A DNA stretch of 56,754 nt from Acholeplasmatales bacterium (GTDB lineage Bacteria > Bacillota_I > Bacilli_A > Acholeplasmatales > Acholeplasmataceae): assembly GCA_031284605.1 (NCBI GenBank), contig JAITXV010000114.1, forward strand, positions 1 through 56,754. The letters are read 5' to 3'. Within the stretch, counting starts at the first letter, position 1. Each line of letters opens with the position of its first letter. The notes below the pieces were generated by a model that was not told where the DNA came from, searched no databases, and saw nothing but the letters and a program-made list of their open reading frames with translations. The translations under genes and the position numbers were made by a program. Below, piece after piece: positions 21,255 through 33,899 of this stretch.

Positions 21255-21312
21255 ATATATTTTTAGAATAGTTTTCTAAATATGTAATATAATATAAAAG
21301 GGAGTTAATATT

Positions 21313-22443
21313 ATGAAAATAGAAGTAAAAGAAGTAACAAACAAAAAAATAATGAAATTATTTGTAAAATACCCAGATGTTTTATACAAACATGATCAAT
21401 ATTATGTACCAACTTTTAAAGCAGATGATTATGATTTATTTAATCCTAAAAAAAATCCTTACTTAAAATCTTGTGATACAGTTGGTTTAATAGTATTAAA
21501 AGATGGAATAGTTTATGGTAGAGTTTTTGGTATCATTCAACCACTTGACATTTTAGAAGGAAGAGAAAAGAGATGTAGATTCTTTTATCTTGACACTAAT
21601 AACGACATAGAAACATTTAGTGCGTTATTTGATTATCTAAAAAGTTGGGCTCTAAAAAGAGGATGTAAAAATTTAGTTGGTCCTTTAGGATTTAATGATA
21701 CAGATAGAGAAGGTATGCTTATAGAAGGATTTGATACTAGAGGTACTTTTGTTTCTTTATATAACTATCCATATTATTTAGATTTGATGGAAAAATATGG
21801 ATTTAAAAAAGATGTAGATTGGTTTCAATACAAACTATTTTTTACTGATAAAGTATTTTTAGATAAACTAGATACAATAGCTAAATGGATTTTAAAAAAG
21901 GGTGATTTTAGAGTTTTAGAATTTAAAAATAGTAAAGAAGTAGTAAAACAATACGGATATCAATTGTTTGAACTAATTAACAAAACCTATTCTAAATTAT
22001 ATGGGGTTGTAGAAATAGAAAAAGAAATAATTGATATATTACTAAAGAAATTTTCTCAAATAGTATCAAAAGAACTAATAGTACTAGTGGTTGATAAAGA
22101 AAACGAACTTGCAGGATTTGCATTATGTTTCCCACATATTTCACCGTGGCTACAAAAAAGTAAAGGACGTTTATTTCCTTTTGGATTTTTAGGATTACTT
22201 CATAATCTAAAACATTATGATATTGTAGATTTAGGTTTAATTGGTGTAGTTGATAAATATAAAAACTTAGGGTTGAACGCTCTAATGATGAGTTACCTAG
22301 GTATAGGATTTAAGCGTCACAATATTAAGCATTTAGAAACTAATCTAATGCTTGAAAATAATGAAAATATTTTATCCCAAATGGGACATTTACCTAGAGT
22401 AAACCATAAGAAAAATAGGTCTTATATATTACCTATTGAATAA
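21313..22443 (+). CDS. Hypothetical protein, possible GNAT-fold acyltransferase
   Basis: 376 aa. The call rests on weak resemblance only (C-terminal NLGLNALMMSY region) with no clear motif. SD AAGGGAG lies upstream. Confidence 0.3.
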   Translation: MKIEVKEVTNKKIMKLFVKYPDVLYKHDQYYVPTFKADDYDLFNPKKNPYLKSCDTVGLIVLKDGIVYGRVFGIIQPLDILEGREKRCRFFYLDTNNDIETFSALFDYLKSWALKRGCKNLVGPLGFNDTDREGMLIEGFDTRGTFVSLYNYPYYLDLMEKYGFKKDVDWFQYKLFFTDKVFLDKLDTIAKWILKKGDFRVLEFKNSKEVVKQYGYQLFELINKTYSKLYGVVEIEKEIIDILLKKFSQIVSKELIVLVVDKENELAGFALCFPHISPWLQKSKGRLFPFGFLGLLHNLKHYDIVDLGLIGVVDKYKNLGLNALMMSYLGIGFKRHNIKHLETNLMLENNENILSQMGHLPRVNHKKNRSYILPIE

Positions 22444-22455
22444 ACAATAAATTAT

Positions 22456-23067
22456 CTAGCGTGATAAAAGCTCTTTAGCTTTCATAACTCTAACTGAATT
22501 TTCTCTTTCTAAATCATCAAGTTTAGAAGCAATATATTTAATTTTTGAATTTAGAGATGGAATAACTATATGTTCTATAGAAGTAGTTCTTCTTCTTAAT
22601 TTTTCTATTTCTTTAGTTAAGATAACTAATTGTTTTTCTAAGACTGCTAGAGAAATAATTTTGTCAAAATTGTCAGCTAATAAATCTTTAGATTAATTGA
22701 TACTAAAATCTTTATCTATAGTATAAGTGTTATCTTTAAAAATTTTAGTATCAACTGCAGGAATAATGACATTCATTATATTAATATTTTCACTTTTAAT
22801 AGTAACATAACTTTTAGAACAAAGAGAAGTATTAAGTGCAGAAGTAGTGTAAGTATTAATAAGACCTTTAGAAAAAGAATCAAATATTTCTTTAAAATAA
22901 TCGGTAACTGCACTATTATCATTTTTATAAATATTAAAAATACTAAAAAATACTTTAATTAATTCTTCAAGTTTGTTTTTTAACAAACCAAGTCCTTTAG
23001 TAGTAATATTTAATTCATTTTTAAGTTTTGTAAGTTCTAGCCTAGTAGAATTAGTATTATCTTCCAT
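22456..23067 (-). pseudogene. ntpD: V-type ATPase subunit D interrupted by one in-frame TAA (22693..22695)
   Basis: The track ORF 22693..23067 gives the first 124 aa (STRLELTKLKNELNITTKGLGLLKNKLEEL). In the same frame after the TAA I read SKDLLADNFDKIISLAVLEKQLVILTKEIEKLRRRTTSIEHIVIPSLNSKIKYIASKLDDLERENSVRVMKAKELLSR, then TAG at 22456..22458. Joined, this gives ~204 codons, a normal subunit-D length, and includes the conserved RRR..alE..vIP box. Confidence 0.8.
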
Positions 23068-23068
23068 A

Positions 23069-24457
23069 TTACTTAGTTATATAATATTTTTTGATGAATT
23101 CAGGTCTAATTCTTTTTAATTCTTGGGTTGGTAAAATGGAAAGTAATTTCCAACCAATATCTAAAGTTTCAAATATACTCCTTCTTTCATTATAACCTTG
23201 ATTTAAATACAAATCTTCAAATTGTTTAGAAAATAAAGCATATGTTTTATCTAAATCGGTTAAAGCATTTTCTCCTAATACTAAAGAAAGCTCTTTAGCA
23301 TCTTTTCCCTTAGAATAACAATAAAATAATTGATTCATAACATCACTGTGATCTTCTCTTGTTTTAGTAGCTCCTATACCTTTGTCTTTTAGCCTTGAAA
23401 GACTAGATAATACATCGATTGGTGGATTTATTGAAGCGTTATAAAGACTTCGTGATAATATGATTTGACCCTCAGTTATATAACCGGTCAAATCAGGAAT
23501 TGGATGAGTTTTATCATCTTCAGGCATAGTAAGAATAGGTATTTGAGTTATTGAACCTTGTAATCCTTTTATTTTACCTGCTCTTTCAAATATACTTGCA
23601 AGGTCTGTATACATATATCCTGGGTACCCTCTTCTACCTGGTACTTCTTTTCTAGCAGCACTAATTTCTCTTAAACTTTCTGCGTAATTAGTAAAATCTG
23701 TCATTATTACTAAAACTTGCATTCCTTCTTCAAAAGCTAAATATTCAGCTGCGCTTAGTGCTACCCTTGGGGTAGCTATTCTTTCAATTGCAGGATCAGA
23801 TGCTAAATTCATAAAAATTACGCTTCTTGAAATAGAAGCAGTTTTTTTGAAATCTTCAACAAAATAATTAGCTTCTTCAAAAGTAATCCCTATACCTGCA
23901 AATACTATCGCAAATTCATCTTTTGTATTTAAAACATTTGCTTGTCTAGCAATTTGAGCTGCTATTTTAGCATGTGGGAGTCCGTTACAAGAAAAAATAG
24001 GTAATTTTTGACCTCTTACTAAAGTATTAAGCCCATCAATAGCACTAATCCCTGTTTCAATAAATTCATTAGGATAGTCTCTAGCAACTGGGTTAATTAC
24101 ATAACCGTTAATATCTACCATTTTATTAGTTTTTAATTCACCTTTATCATCTATTAAATTTCCCATACCATCAAAAACTCTGCCTAATATATCTTTAGAA
24201 GCGTTAAAAGTAATACTATGTCCTAAAAATATGGCTTTAGAATTTTCAATTCTAAGACCGTGAGAAGATGAAAATAATTGAACTAATGCTTTGTCATTAT
24301 CAACTTCTAAAACTCTACCTAGTCTAATGTTTCCATTATGTTCTTTAATTTTGACTAATTCATTATATTTAACATTTGTAGTTTTTTCAACTAACATTAG
24401 AGGCCCTACAATTTCTTTAATTGTTTTGTATTCTTTTATAGCCATTACAAGTACCAA
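23069..24457 (-). CDS. ntpB: V-type ATPase subunit B
   Basis: 462 aa. [15 protein letters not shown] start and [15 protein letters not shown] region. It lies immediately after subunit A. Confidence 0.93.
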   Translation of the reverse strand: MVLVMAIKEYKTIKEIVGPLMLVEKTTNVKYNELVKIKEHNGNIRLGRVLEVDNDKALVQLFSSSHGLRIENSKAIFLGHSITFNASKDILGRVFDGMGNLIDDKGELKTNKMVDINGYVINPVARDYPNEFIETGISAIDGLNTLVRGQKLPIFSCNGLPHAKIAAQIARQANVLNTKDEFAIVFAGIGITFEEANYFVEDFKKTASISRSVIFMNLASDPAIERIATPRVALSAAEYLAFEEGMQVLVIMTDFTNYAESLREISAARKEVPGRRGYPGYMYTDLASIFERAGKIKGLQGSITQIPILTMPEDDKTHPIPDLTGYITEGQIILSRSLYNASINPPIDVLSSLSRLKDKGIGATKTREDHSDVMNQLFYCYSKGKDAKELSLVLGENALTDLDKTYALFSKQFEDLYLNQGYNERRSIFETLDIGWKLLSILPTQELKRIRPEFIKKYYITK

Positions 24458-26193
24458 CTTTCAAGTTTAAAAATAAACTCATTATAATAAGAAGTTATAT
24501 CTTCTTCATACACATATTTAAATCTACCTAATAATTCATCGAAAACAGTGTTTTCAATATCTTTAAAAATAGATATTTTTTTGCTTATTAAATTTAATTT
24601 TTTATAATACAAAAGAATTGAATCAAGCATCAAAAATTGTTTATTAATACTAGAATGAGCATCTATTTTATTAAATGCATTTTGATGTAAAAAATCTTCT
24701 TTTATTATTGAACATATTTTTAGTTTGATTCTATCAGATATTGATAAAGTATCATATCCTACTAACTTTACAATATCTAAAATAAAAGATTCTTCTTGTA
24801 AAAGTTGTTTTATTTCTTTAATATTTTTAGAATATTTACTATTTACGTTAGTATCATAATATGAAAATATTTGTTCATCGTATAATGAATAGCTTTTTAA
24901 ATAATCGATAGCAGGAAAGTGTCTTTTATTAGCTAACGCAGCTGATAAGCTCCAAAATACTTTAACTATTCTTAGAGTGGCTTGACTAACTGGTTCACTA
25001 GTATCACCTCCTGCAGGGCTTATAGCACCAACAGCTGACACAGAACCATTTTGCATAGATAAAGTTTTAACAAGTCCCGCTCTTTCATAAAATTCTGATA
25101 ACCTACTACCTAAATAAGCAGGATATCCTTCTTCGCCTGGCATCTCTTCTAACCTAGAGGACATTTCTCTTAAACTCTCAGCCCATCTTGATGTAGAATC
25201 TGCTAAAACTACTACGTTATATCCCATATCTCTATAATATTCCGCGAAAGTTATACCAGTGTAAATACTAGCTTCTCTAGCACTTACCGGCATATTAGAT
25301 GTATTAGCTATCAAAATCGTTCTTTCCATCAAAGAAGAACCTGTCTTAGGGTCTATAAGACTAGGGAATTCATTTAATACATCAGTCATTTCATTTCCTC
25401 TTTCCCCGCACCCAATATAAACAATAATGTCTGCGCTTGAATATTTAGCTAACTGGTGTTGAACTATAGTTTTCCCTGAACCAAATGGACCAGGTATAGC
25501 AGATATTCCGCCTAGTGAAACGGGAAACAATGAATCAATAACTCTTTGACCTGTTATTAAAGGAGACGAAGGTGCGTATTTGGTGATATATGGTCTGCTT
25601 TTTCTAACAGGCCATTTTTGTAGCATAGAAATATTTTTAATTACTCCATTAGAGGTTTCTATTTTACAAATAGTATCTAAAATAGAAAATTTTCCATTTT
25701 CTATACTTACAACTTTACCATTTATTCCAAAAGGAACCATTATTTTATGGATTACGCATTTAGTTTCTATGACGCTTCCTAAAATAGTACCACTACTAAC
25801 TAAGTCATTTACTTTAACCGCACTTTTAAAATCCCATAAAGTTTTAGTGTTTAATCTGTCTACGTTTACCCCTCTAGGTATAAAATTTCCATATGAATCA
25901 TAAATAGTACGTAAAGGTCTTCCAATTCCATCAAACATAGTTCCTATTAAACCTGGCGCTAGATAAGCACTTAATGGTTCATTTCCGAAATACACTTTTT
26001 CACCAACACCTATACCACTAGTTTCTTCATAAACTTGTATAGAAGCTTTATCATTCCTTAATTCAATAATCTCACCTATTAGTTTTAAGTCTCCTACATA
26101 AACTAAATCATAGACTAAAGCATCGCTCATATTAGAAGCGACTATTAAAGGTCCTGATACTTTAGTTATTATTCCTGTTTTTTCTTTTTCCAT
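24445..26193 (-). CDS. ntpA: V-type ATPase catalytic subunit A
   Basis: 582 aa. Walker A GPFGSGKT, plus the [11 protein letters not shown] and [10 protein letters not shown] regions. Confidence 0.95.
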   Translation of the reverse strand: MEKEKTGIITKVSGPLIVASNMSDALVYDLVYVGDLKLIGEIIELRNDKASIQVYEETSGIGVGEKVYFGNEPLSAYLAPGLIGTMFDGIGRPLRTIYDSYGNFIPRGVNVDRLNTKTLWDFKSAVKVNDLVSSGTILGSVIETKCVIHKIMVPFGINGKVVSIENGKFSILDTICKIETSNGVIKNISMLQKWPVRKSRPYITKYAPSSPLITGQRVIDSLFPVSLGGISAIPGPFGSGKTIVQHQLAKYSSADIIVYIGCGERGNEMTDVLNEFPSLIDPKTGSSLMERTILIANTSNMPVSAREASIYTGITFAEYYRDMGYNVVVLADSTSRWAESLREMSSRLEEMPGEEGYPAYLGSRLSEFYERAGLVKTLSMQNGSVSAVGAISPAGGDTSEPVSQATLRIVKVFWSLSAALANKRHFPAIDYLKSYSLYDEQIFSYYDTNVNSKYSKNIKEIKQLLQEESFILDIVKLVGYDTLSISDRIKLKICSIIKEDFLHQNAFNKIDAHSSINKQFLMLDSILLYYKKLNLISKKISIFKDIENTVFDELLGRFKYVYEEDITSYYNEFIFKLESWYL

Positions 26194-26195
26194 TG

Positions 26196-26477
26196 TTATA
26201 TCCTCATTCCTAAAGTTTTATTTATCATATCTAATAACTCTTCCTTTGAATTATTATTATCTTTACTAATTGGTAATTTAATAATTATTGGGAAAGGGCT
26301 TGAATTAATAACGTCTAGATTATTTTGACTTATTATATAATCATTATCAATTATAATAATATCTTCGCCTGTATGTTCTTTTAGTATATCATTAAAGTTT
26401 TCGTTTGAGGCGTAAATAATATCTAGATTTAAACTTTTAAATATCCCCGCTTTTTTATATTTTGAAATAACTATCAT
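26196..26477 (-). CDS. V-type ATPase subunit F
   Basis: 93 aa. Called from size and from its position between C and A, matching E. hirae NtpG. Confidence 0.6.
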   Translation of the reverse strand: MIVISKYKKAGIFKSLNLDIIYASNENFNDILKEHTGEDIIIIDNDYIISQNNLDVINSSPFPIIIKLPISKDNNNSKEELLDMINKTLGMRI

Positions 26478-27229
26478 ATAATCTCACTTTCTAATGAAAA
26501 TTCCATTATTTTTTTTAACTCAATATTTTTTAATATTGTATATTTCACTAAGTAACTATAATTATCTTCTTCTATTGAAGATAAAAGTTTGTTATAACAT
26601 AAAGACTCAATTTTAGAAATGTCTTTATTTTTAACACTTAAAATATCCCTACAAAAGTCGCTAATAACATCATCATTTAATTCATAATTTATTAATTGTG
26701 TATTATATCTGTTATCTTTTGAACTAAAATATAGTTCAATGTTTTTAATTACCATATTATATTCATAAAACATTTTCATACTTCCTTTTAAAAGTGAAGA
26801 AAAATAATTATAAGCATAAGTAATAAAATTATTTATGTCTGAATCTTTAAGTAACTGTGCATTAAACCAAGGTTTGTTGTGGATACTTTCCCCTAAAACT
26901 AAATTTTTAACTTCTTCTTTACTTAAAGAAGACAACTTAGAAAAATTATCATCTTTTTTATATAATAAAAAATATACTATATTAGAAATATCATAAGACA
27001 AATATAAGTAATCAATAATAAAAGAATCAGAATCAAAAATTAAATAAAGTTCTGCTTTCTCATCATACAAAGTATTTTCAATAGTAGAACTTAAATCTTT
27101 TCCATTAGAGTAACTAATACTCCTAAGACCTGATAGTAAGTCTTTTTTGTAAATATGCAGTTGTTCATTAGTTATTAAATTGCTAATCCTAGTATTTAAT
27201 ATACTATTTACATATACGTAGTCAGTCAT
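26474..27229 (-). CDS. V-type ATPase subunit C (d-type), short form
   Basis: 251 aa. The N-terminus YVYVNSILNTRISNL resembles the subunit C/d start. It sits between E and F. Confidence 0.55.
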   Translation of the reverse strand: MTDYVYVNSILNTRISNLITNEQLHIYKKDLLSGLRSISYSNGKDLSSTIENTLYDEKAELYLIFDSDSFIIDYLYLSYDISNIVYFLLYKKDDNFSKLSSLSKEEVKNLVLGESIHNKPWFNAQLLKDSDINNFITYAYNYFSSLLKGSMKMFYEYNMVIKNIELYFSSKDNRYNTQLINYELNDDVISDFCRDILSVKNKDISKIESLCYNKLLSSIEEDNYSYLVKYTILKNIELKKIMEFSLESEII

Positions 27230-27841
27230 TTAATCTAATAATCTCATAATGTTTTTTTCTATAACTTCAGCTTTGTTTTGTATAAGTTCATTAAAATCAA
27301 AATTAAGATCATAGTCAGTTCCCTTTATAATAAAACCATCAAAAAAAGAATCTTTATCTTCACACAAAGTAAAAATAGTTGTAATATTATTAAAAGATAA
27401 TTTAAAATTTAATTTATCACAAATGTTTTTATTATTGCTAGATAACGCTTTTTTATATTTACTAAAGTTTTTAGAAGAAACATAAATATTATTAAAAGAA
27501 AATTCATTTTCTTTTAATAATAGCTTATAAACTAATTCTAATAAATCATCATTTTCCAAAGATGCTAAATACAAAATAGCATCATTTATTAATTCATTTA
27601 CTATTTGTTTTTTTACTTTAGCACTCTCTTTAGCGTAACTTTGATTAAGTAAACTAATTTTTTCCGCATGTTCTTTTAGTTTATTATCTTTTAATTTTTC
27701 GTACTTTTTTTCTAACTCACTAGACATATCATTAAACCTATTGTTAAAAAGAGTATCAATAGTTTGAATATAACTATTTTTGAAACTTTTAACTTTTTCT
27801 TCTATTAAATTATTTAAGTATTCTAAAATATCTTGTGCCAT
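27230..27841 (-). CDS. V-type ATPase subunit E (stator stalk)
   Basis: 203 aa with a long N-terminal charged coiled coil. It lies after subunit K. Confidence 0.6.
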   Translation of the reverse strand: MAQDILEYLNNLIEEKVKSFKNSYIQTIDTLFNNRFNDMSSELEKKYEKLKDNKLKEHAEKISLLNQSYAKESAKVKKQIVNELINDAILYLASLENDDLLELVYKLLLKENEFSFNNIYVSSKNFSKYKKALSSNNKNICDKLNFKLSFNNITTIFTLCEDKDSFFDGFIIKGTDYDLNFDFNELIQNKAEVIEKNIMRLLD

Positions 27842-27842
27842 A

Positions 27843-30233
<2,391 letters not shown>

Positions 30234-30241
<8 letters not shown>

Positions 30242-30620
30242 CTAATAAAACCTTTATAATAAGTTCTTTGGCTTTTTTATCAATATTTTTTTTATTATTA
30301 ATTAATTTTTCATTATCATTTAAAATTTGAGTATGAGTTATAATAAATTGACGAGCATACTCTTTATCTAGGTTTTCGCTAAAACTGTCATATTCATCTT
30401 CTAAAGCGACTTCAAAATGGATAAGTTGATCATTACATTTCTTTTCTTTATTTTTGTAATACATATCCTTATTGATAATTTCTTCATCTAAATCGCGAAT
30501 TAGTTGGTCTTCTTTTTCTAATACTTCTTTTAATTTATCTTGCATACATTTATTATATACCATTTTCATTTTTTTGCATTTAAAGTTGACATAACTTATA
30601 AGCGAAAACAAAAAAAACAA
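30234..30620 (-). CDS. Small coiled-coil protein at the head of the ntp operon, possible subunit G/H-like stalk protein
   Basis: Highly charged helical sequence that overlaps ntpI by 8 nt, in a position equivalent to E. hirae NtpF. The true start is probably an internal Met (MKMVYNK or MQDKLKE). Confidence 0.35.
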
Positions 30621-30660
30621 AACAGTAAATTCTAAAATAGAATTTACTGTTATAATAATC

Positions 30661-30734
30661 TGGAGGCTCCGAGCGGATTTGAACCGCTGATAAACGAGTT
30701 GCAGTCGTTGACCTTACCACTTGGCTACAGAGCC
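30661..30734 (-). tRNA. tRNA-Cys (anticodon GCA), CCA encoded
   Basis: Hand-folded. Acceptor GGCTCTG/CGGAGCC, anticodon stem AACGA/TCGTT with loop CTGCAAC, T-arm AGCGG-TTCAAAT-CCGCT, then discriminator T and CCA. 74 nt. Confidence 0.9.
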
Positions 30735-30836
30735 GTACTTATATTTTACCATAAAACTAACATTTTGTGCAATGCTTACGCGCTTTTATTTTTTGTTTTA
30801 GCGCTATATATGGTAAAATATATGTAAGGAGATAAT

Positions 30837-31607
30837 ATGAATAATATAATAGATACCGTTATTATACCGGCTGCAGGAGCTGGAAAAAGAATTAAAGAAC
30901 AATTAGATATTACTTATTCTAAAGAAATGATACTAGTTAATAATAAACCTTGTATTAGATATATTATAGATGAAGCAATTGCATCAGGAATTAAAAATAT
31001 TATAGTAATAGTTCACGAATCTAAAAAAGATTTAATTACATATTTAAATTCACTAAAACTGGATATTAACTTAACTATTTCTTTTCAAAATACTCAAAAT
31101 GGTATAGCTAAAGCTATTTATAGTGCGAAACAATATATTAATACTAATTATTTTGGAGTAATGTTAGGTGATGATGTTTTTACTCCATCTAAGATTGTTT
31201 TTAAACAATTATTAAAATTATTCAATAAAAATAATCAAAATGTAATTGGAGTTTTAGAAATAGCAGATGTTAACTTAATCAAAAAATATTCAAGTATGAA
31301 AATAGAATCATTAGTTGGAAATACTTTTAAAATACTAGACATAATTGAAAAACCACAAGAAGATGAAATATATAGTATGTATGCTAGTCAAGGAAGATAT
31401 ATATTTTCAAAAAATATATTTTCTGTAATTGAAAAACAAAATACTGGAATTAACAATGAATTTCAATTAACAGATAGCATTCGTTTATTATTAAAAGAAG
31501 AACCTTGTGCGGGATTAATTTTAGATGGAATTCATTATGATTTTGGTAGTATTGATGGTCTTAAACAAGCTTTAAGAAATAGAATTAATTTTAATATAAA
31601 AAAATAA
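30837..31607 (+). CDS. Sugar-1-phosphate nucleotidyltransferase (GalU/UTP-glucose-1-P uridylyltransferase-like)
   Basis: 256 aa. VIIPAAGAGKR...SKEM...KPCIRYIIDEAIASGI resembles the GalU N-terminus. Substrate not determinable. Confidence 0.6.
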   Translation: MNNIIDTVIIPAAGAGKRIKEQLDITYSKEMILVNNKPCIRYIIDEAIASGIKNIIVIVHESKKDLITYLNSLKLDINLTISFQNTQNGIAKAIYSAKQYINTNYFGVMLGDDVFTPSKIVFKQLLKLFNKNNQNVIGVLEIADVNLIKKYSSMKIESLVGNTFKILDIIEKPQEDEIYSMYASQGRYIFSKNIFSVIEKQNTGINNEFQLTDSIRLLLKEEPCAGLILDGIHYDFGSIDGLKQALRNRINFNIKK

Positions 31608-31807
31608 TAGTTTCTTATATCTAAATATATAAAACATATTTTATCGTAACGCTTATGAGACATTCAAATTATCATAATAAGGTCGTTATGTGTATAAATA
31701 TGTTATAATGTATACAATAATTATAAAAATGTGTATTATTTTTACATAATGCGAAAGTAACTTACTAAAATAATTATTGTATAATGATACTTATTTGGAG
31801 ATAAAAA

Positions 31808-32545
31808 ATGGAAAATAGAAAAAAAATAGCCTTACTTATAGACTATGATAACTTTAGTAAAAAGGAATACTTCCCTATTCTTTTTGACGAACTTAATGAA
31901 AAGGGAGATGTTTTAATAAAATATGCGTTTTATTCAAACTTTAGTGATTCAACCCTAAAAGATAAATTTATAACTTTAGGAATAGAACCAAAAAGTCAGT
32001 TGTCTTATAGCCAAGGTAAAAATGCTGTAGATATAAGCATTGCGCTTGAAGCTATGGAGCTTTTACAAATGCCATATATAGATTGTTTTTGTTTGGCTAC
32101 TAATGATAGTGATTTTACACCGTTGGTTTTGAAATTAAAAAAATATAATAAATTTATAATAGGAGCTGGAGATGAAAAAGCTAGTGTAAAATTCAAAGAT
32201 GCTTGTAATGAATTTGTTAGTGTTGAAAAAATATATAACTCAAGAGTAATAGAAAAACAAAAAACTATAACACCTAAGGAAACTAAAGATAGTAAAGAAA
32301 TTTTAGAATTAGTAAAAATAGTTAATGATATAATTGATTCAGATCATGACGCTGATGATTATGCATACTTTAGTGTAGTTATGCAAAAAATAATTGATAA
32401 GATTAAAGACTTTAATCCAAAAAATTACGGTGTTGATAATAAACAACCGCTTCCTTTCTTTAAAAATAGATTAAAAAAATATTTTACTATAAAAATGGAA
32501 AAAACAGCTGCTTATATTAAAAAAGCAAATAATGAAATAGTTTAG
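31808..32545 (+). CDS. NYN-domain (LabA-like) protein with C-terminal OST-HTH/LOTUS-like region
   Basis: IALLIDYDNF, NAVDISIALEAMEL and CLATNDSDFTPLV are the NYN acidic motifs. The C-terminal ~70 aa are helical. Confidence 0.7.
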   Translation: MENRKKIALLIDYDNFSKKEYFPILFDELNEKGDVLIKYAFYSNFSDSTLKDKFITLGIEPKSQLSYSQGKNAVDISIALEAMELLQMPYIDCFCLATNDSDFTPLVLKLKKYNKFIIGAGDEKASVKFKDACNEFVSVEKIYNSRVIEKQKTITPKETKDSKEILELVKIVNDIIDSDHDADDYAYFSVVMQKIIDKIKDFNPKNYGVDNKQPLPFFKNRLKKYFTIKMEKTAAYIKKANNEIV

Positions 32546-32556
32546 GAGAAAAAAAT

Positions 32557-33852
32557 ATGCAAGAAGAAAAAACAGTTTTATTAAACAAACTAATATACCC
32601 AAAAAAGGTACGCCACTACAATATGTCAAGAAAAGCCAACAAAGTTACTTTTTTTGTAAAATTATTAGAAAGATTAATTGTTAAAATATTATTAAAACAT
32701 CAAAAGTACGAAATTATAAAAGAAAATATGGAATTGCTTGATAAAAAAGAACCATATTTGATTCTTTCTAATCATATGCAATTTTTGGATTTTGAATTAC
32801 TTCTAAAAGCTGTTCTTCCAAAAGGTTTTCATGGAATTATGAATATTGAGGCTTATAAGATGCTTCCTTATTGGTTAATTGAATGGGGTGGTACAATCCC
32901 TAAAAGAAAATTTACTAATGATATAGCTATAGTAAGATCTATAATCCGTACCTCTAAAACTAATGATGCAATAGGATTATTCCCAGAAGCTAGATATACA
33001 GTAACTGGTGAATTAGCTAATCTTCCTGATTCTTTAGGAAAAGTTATCAAATTACTTAATATACCAATAGTTGTTTTTATAAATCACGGAAACTTTTTAG
33101 TTAAACCTGTTTGGGGAAATGGTAAAAACAGAAAATTACCAGTAAGGTCAAATATGAAGCTTATTTTGACTAAAGAACAAATTGCTTGCCTTAGCATAGA
33201 TGAAATTAATAAACTAATTGAAAAAGAGATGTATTATGATGAATTTGTTTATCAAAAAGAAAGTAATATTTTAATTAAAGAAGATTTTAGAGCAGAAGGA
33301 TTACACAAGATTCTTTATAAATGCCCACATTGTGGCACAGAATTTGAAATGAGTTCATATAAAACTTCTTTAAAATGTAACCATTGTAATACTGCTTACT
33401 TCTATAATGAAGATTCTAGTTTAACTTGTGAAAATAATACTGCTATATTTACTAGTATAAGAGATTGGCTAAACTATGAAAGAGAAGAAGCTAAAAAAGA
33501 ATTACTTGCTGGTAATTATAGTTTTGAAGGAACTTTCAAAGCTTATTCATTTCCACATCCTAAATATGTTATTAATTTAGGAGATGTTTTTGTAAAACAC
33601 AGTTATGATGGGTTTGTATTTACTGGAAAATATAATGGATATGATTTTTGTTTCAAAAAGAGTGCATTAGAAAATTATGCTATCCAAACTGAGTATGGAA
33701 GCCCAAGTTTTAACAATAAAGATTTATTTGCATTATCTACAAATGATGAAACTATATTCTTTGAACCTACTAACCCACAAATTATCCATAAACTATACTA
33801 TATAGTAGAAGAACTATATAAAATAAAAGATGCAGAAAGAAAAAAGAAATAA
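32557..33852 (+). CDS. Lysophospholipid (PlsC-family) acyltransferase with C-terminal zinc-ribbon-containing domain
   Basis: HX4D motif NHMQFLD and FPEARYT block. Two CxxC pairs follow (CPHCG...CNHCN). Confidence 0.65.
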   Translation: MQEEKTVLLNKLIYPKKVRHYNMSRKANKVTFFVKLLERLIVKILLKHQKYEIIKENMELLDKKEPYLILSNHMQFLDFELLLKAVLPKGFHGIMNIEAYKMLPYWLIEWGGTIPKRKFTNDIAIVRSIIRTSKTNDAIGLFPEARYTVTGELANLPDSLGKVIKLLNIPIVVFINHGNFLVKPVWGNGKNRKLPVRSNMKLILTKEQIACLSIDEINKLIEKEMYYDEFVYQKESNILIKEDFRAEGLHKILYKCPHCGTEFEMSSYKTSLKCNHCNTAYFYNEDSSLTCENNTAIFTSIRDWLNYEREEAKKELLAGNYSFEGTFKAYSFPHPKYVINLGDVFVKHSYDGFVFTGKYNGYDFCFKKSALENYAIQTEYGSPSFNNKDLFALSTNDETIFFEPTNPQIIHKLYYIVEELYKIKDAERKKK

Positions 33853-33860
33853 TAATATAA

Positions 33861-33894
33861 TTAAGAGCATAACCCATTTAGGTTATGCTCTTAA
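33861..33894. terminator. Bidirectional terminator
   Basis: 14-bp perfect stem TTAAGAGCATAACC / GGTTATGCTCTTAA with loop CATTTA, between convergent genes. Confidence 0.8.
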
Positions 33895-33899
33895 TATTT

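Noticed and set aside
25580-25903. 107-aa ORF antisense to ntpA.
   Set aside because: It is embedded in the highly conserved V-ATPase A subunit gene, so it is a shadow ORF.
30570-30620. The hydrophobic N-terminal extension (MFFLFSLISYVNFKCKK) of the first ntp-operon ORF as a signal or TM segment.
   Set aside because: It is more likely untranslated. The charged coiled-coil body starts at internal Met codons, and the extension abuts the tRNA-Cys gene region.
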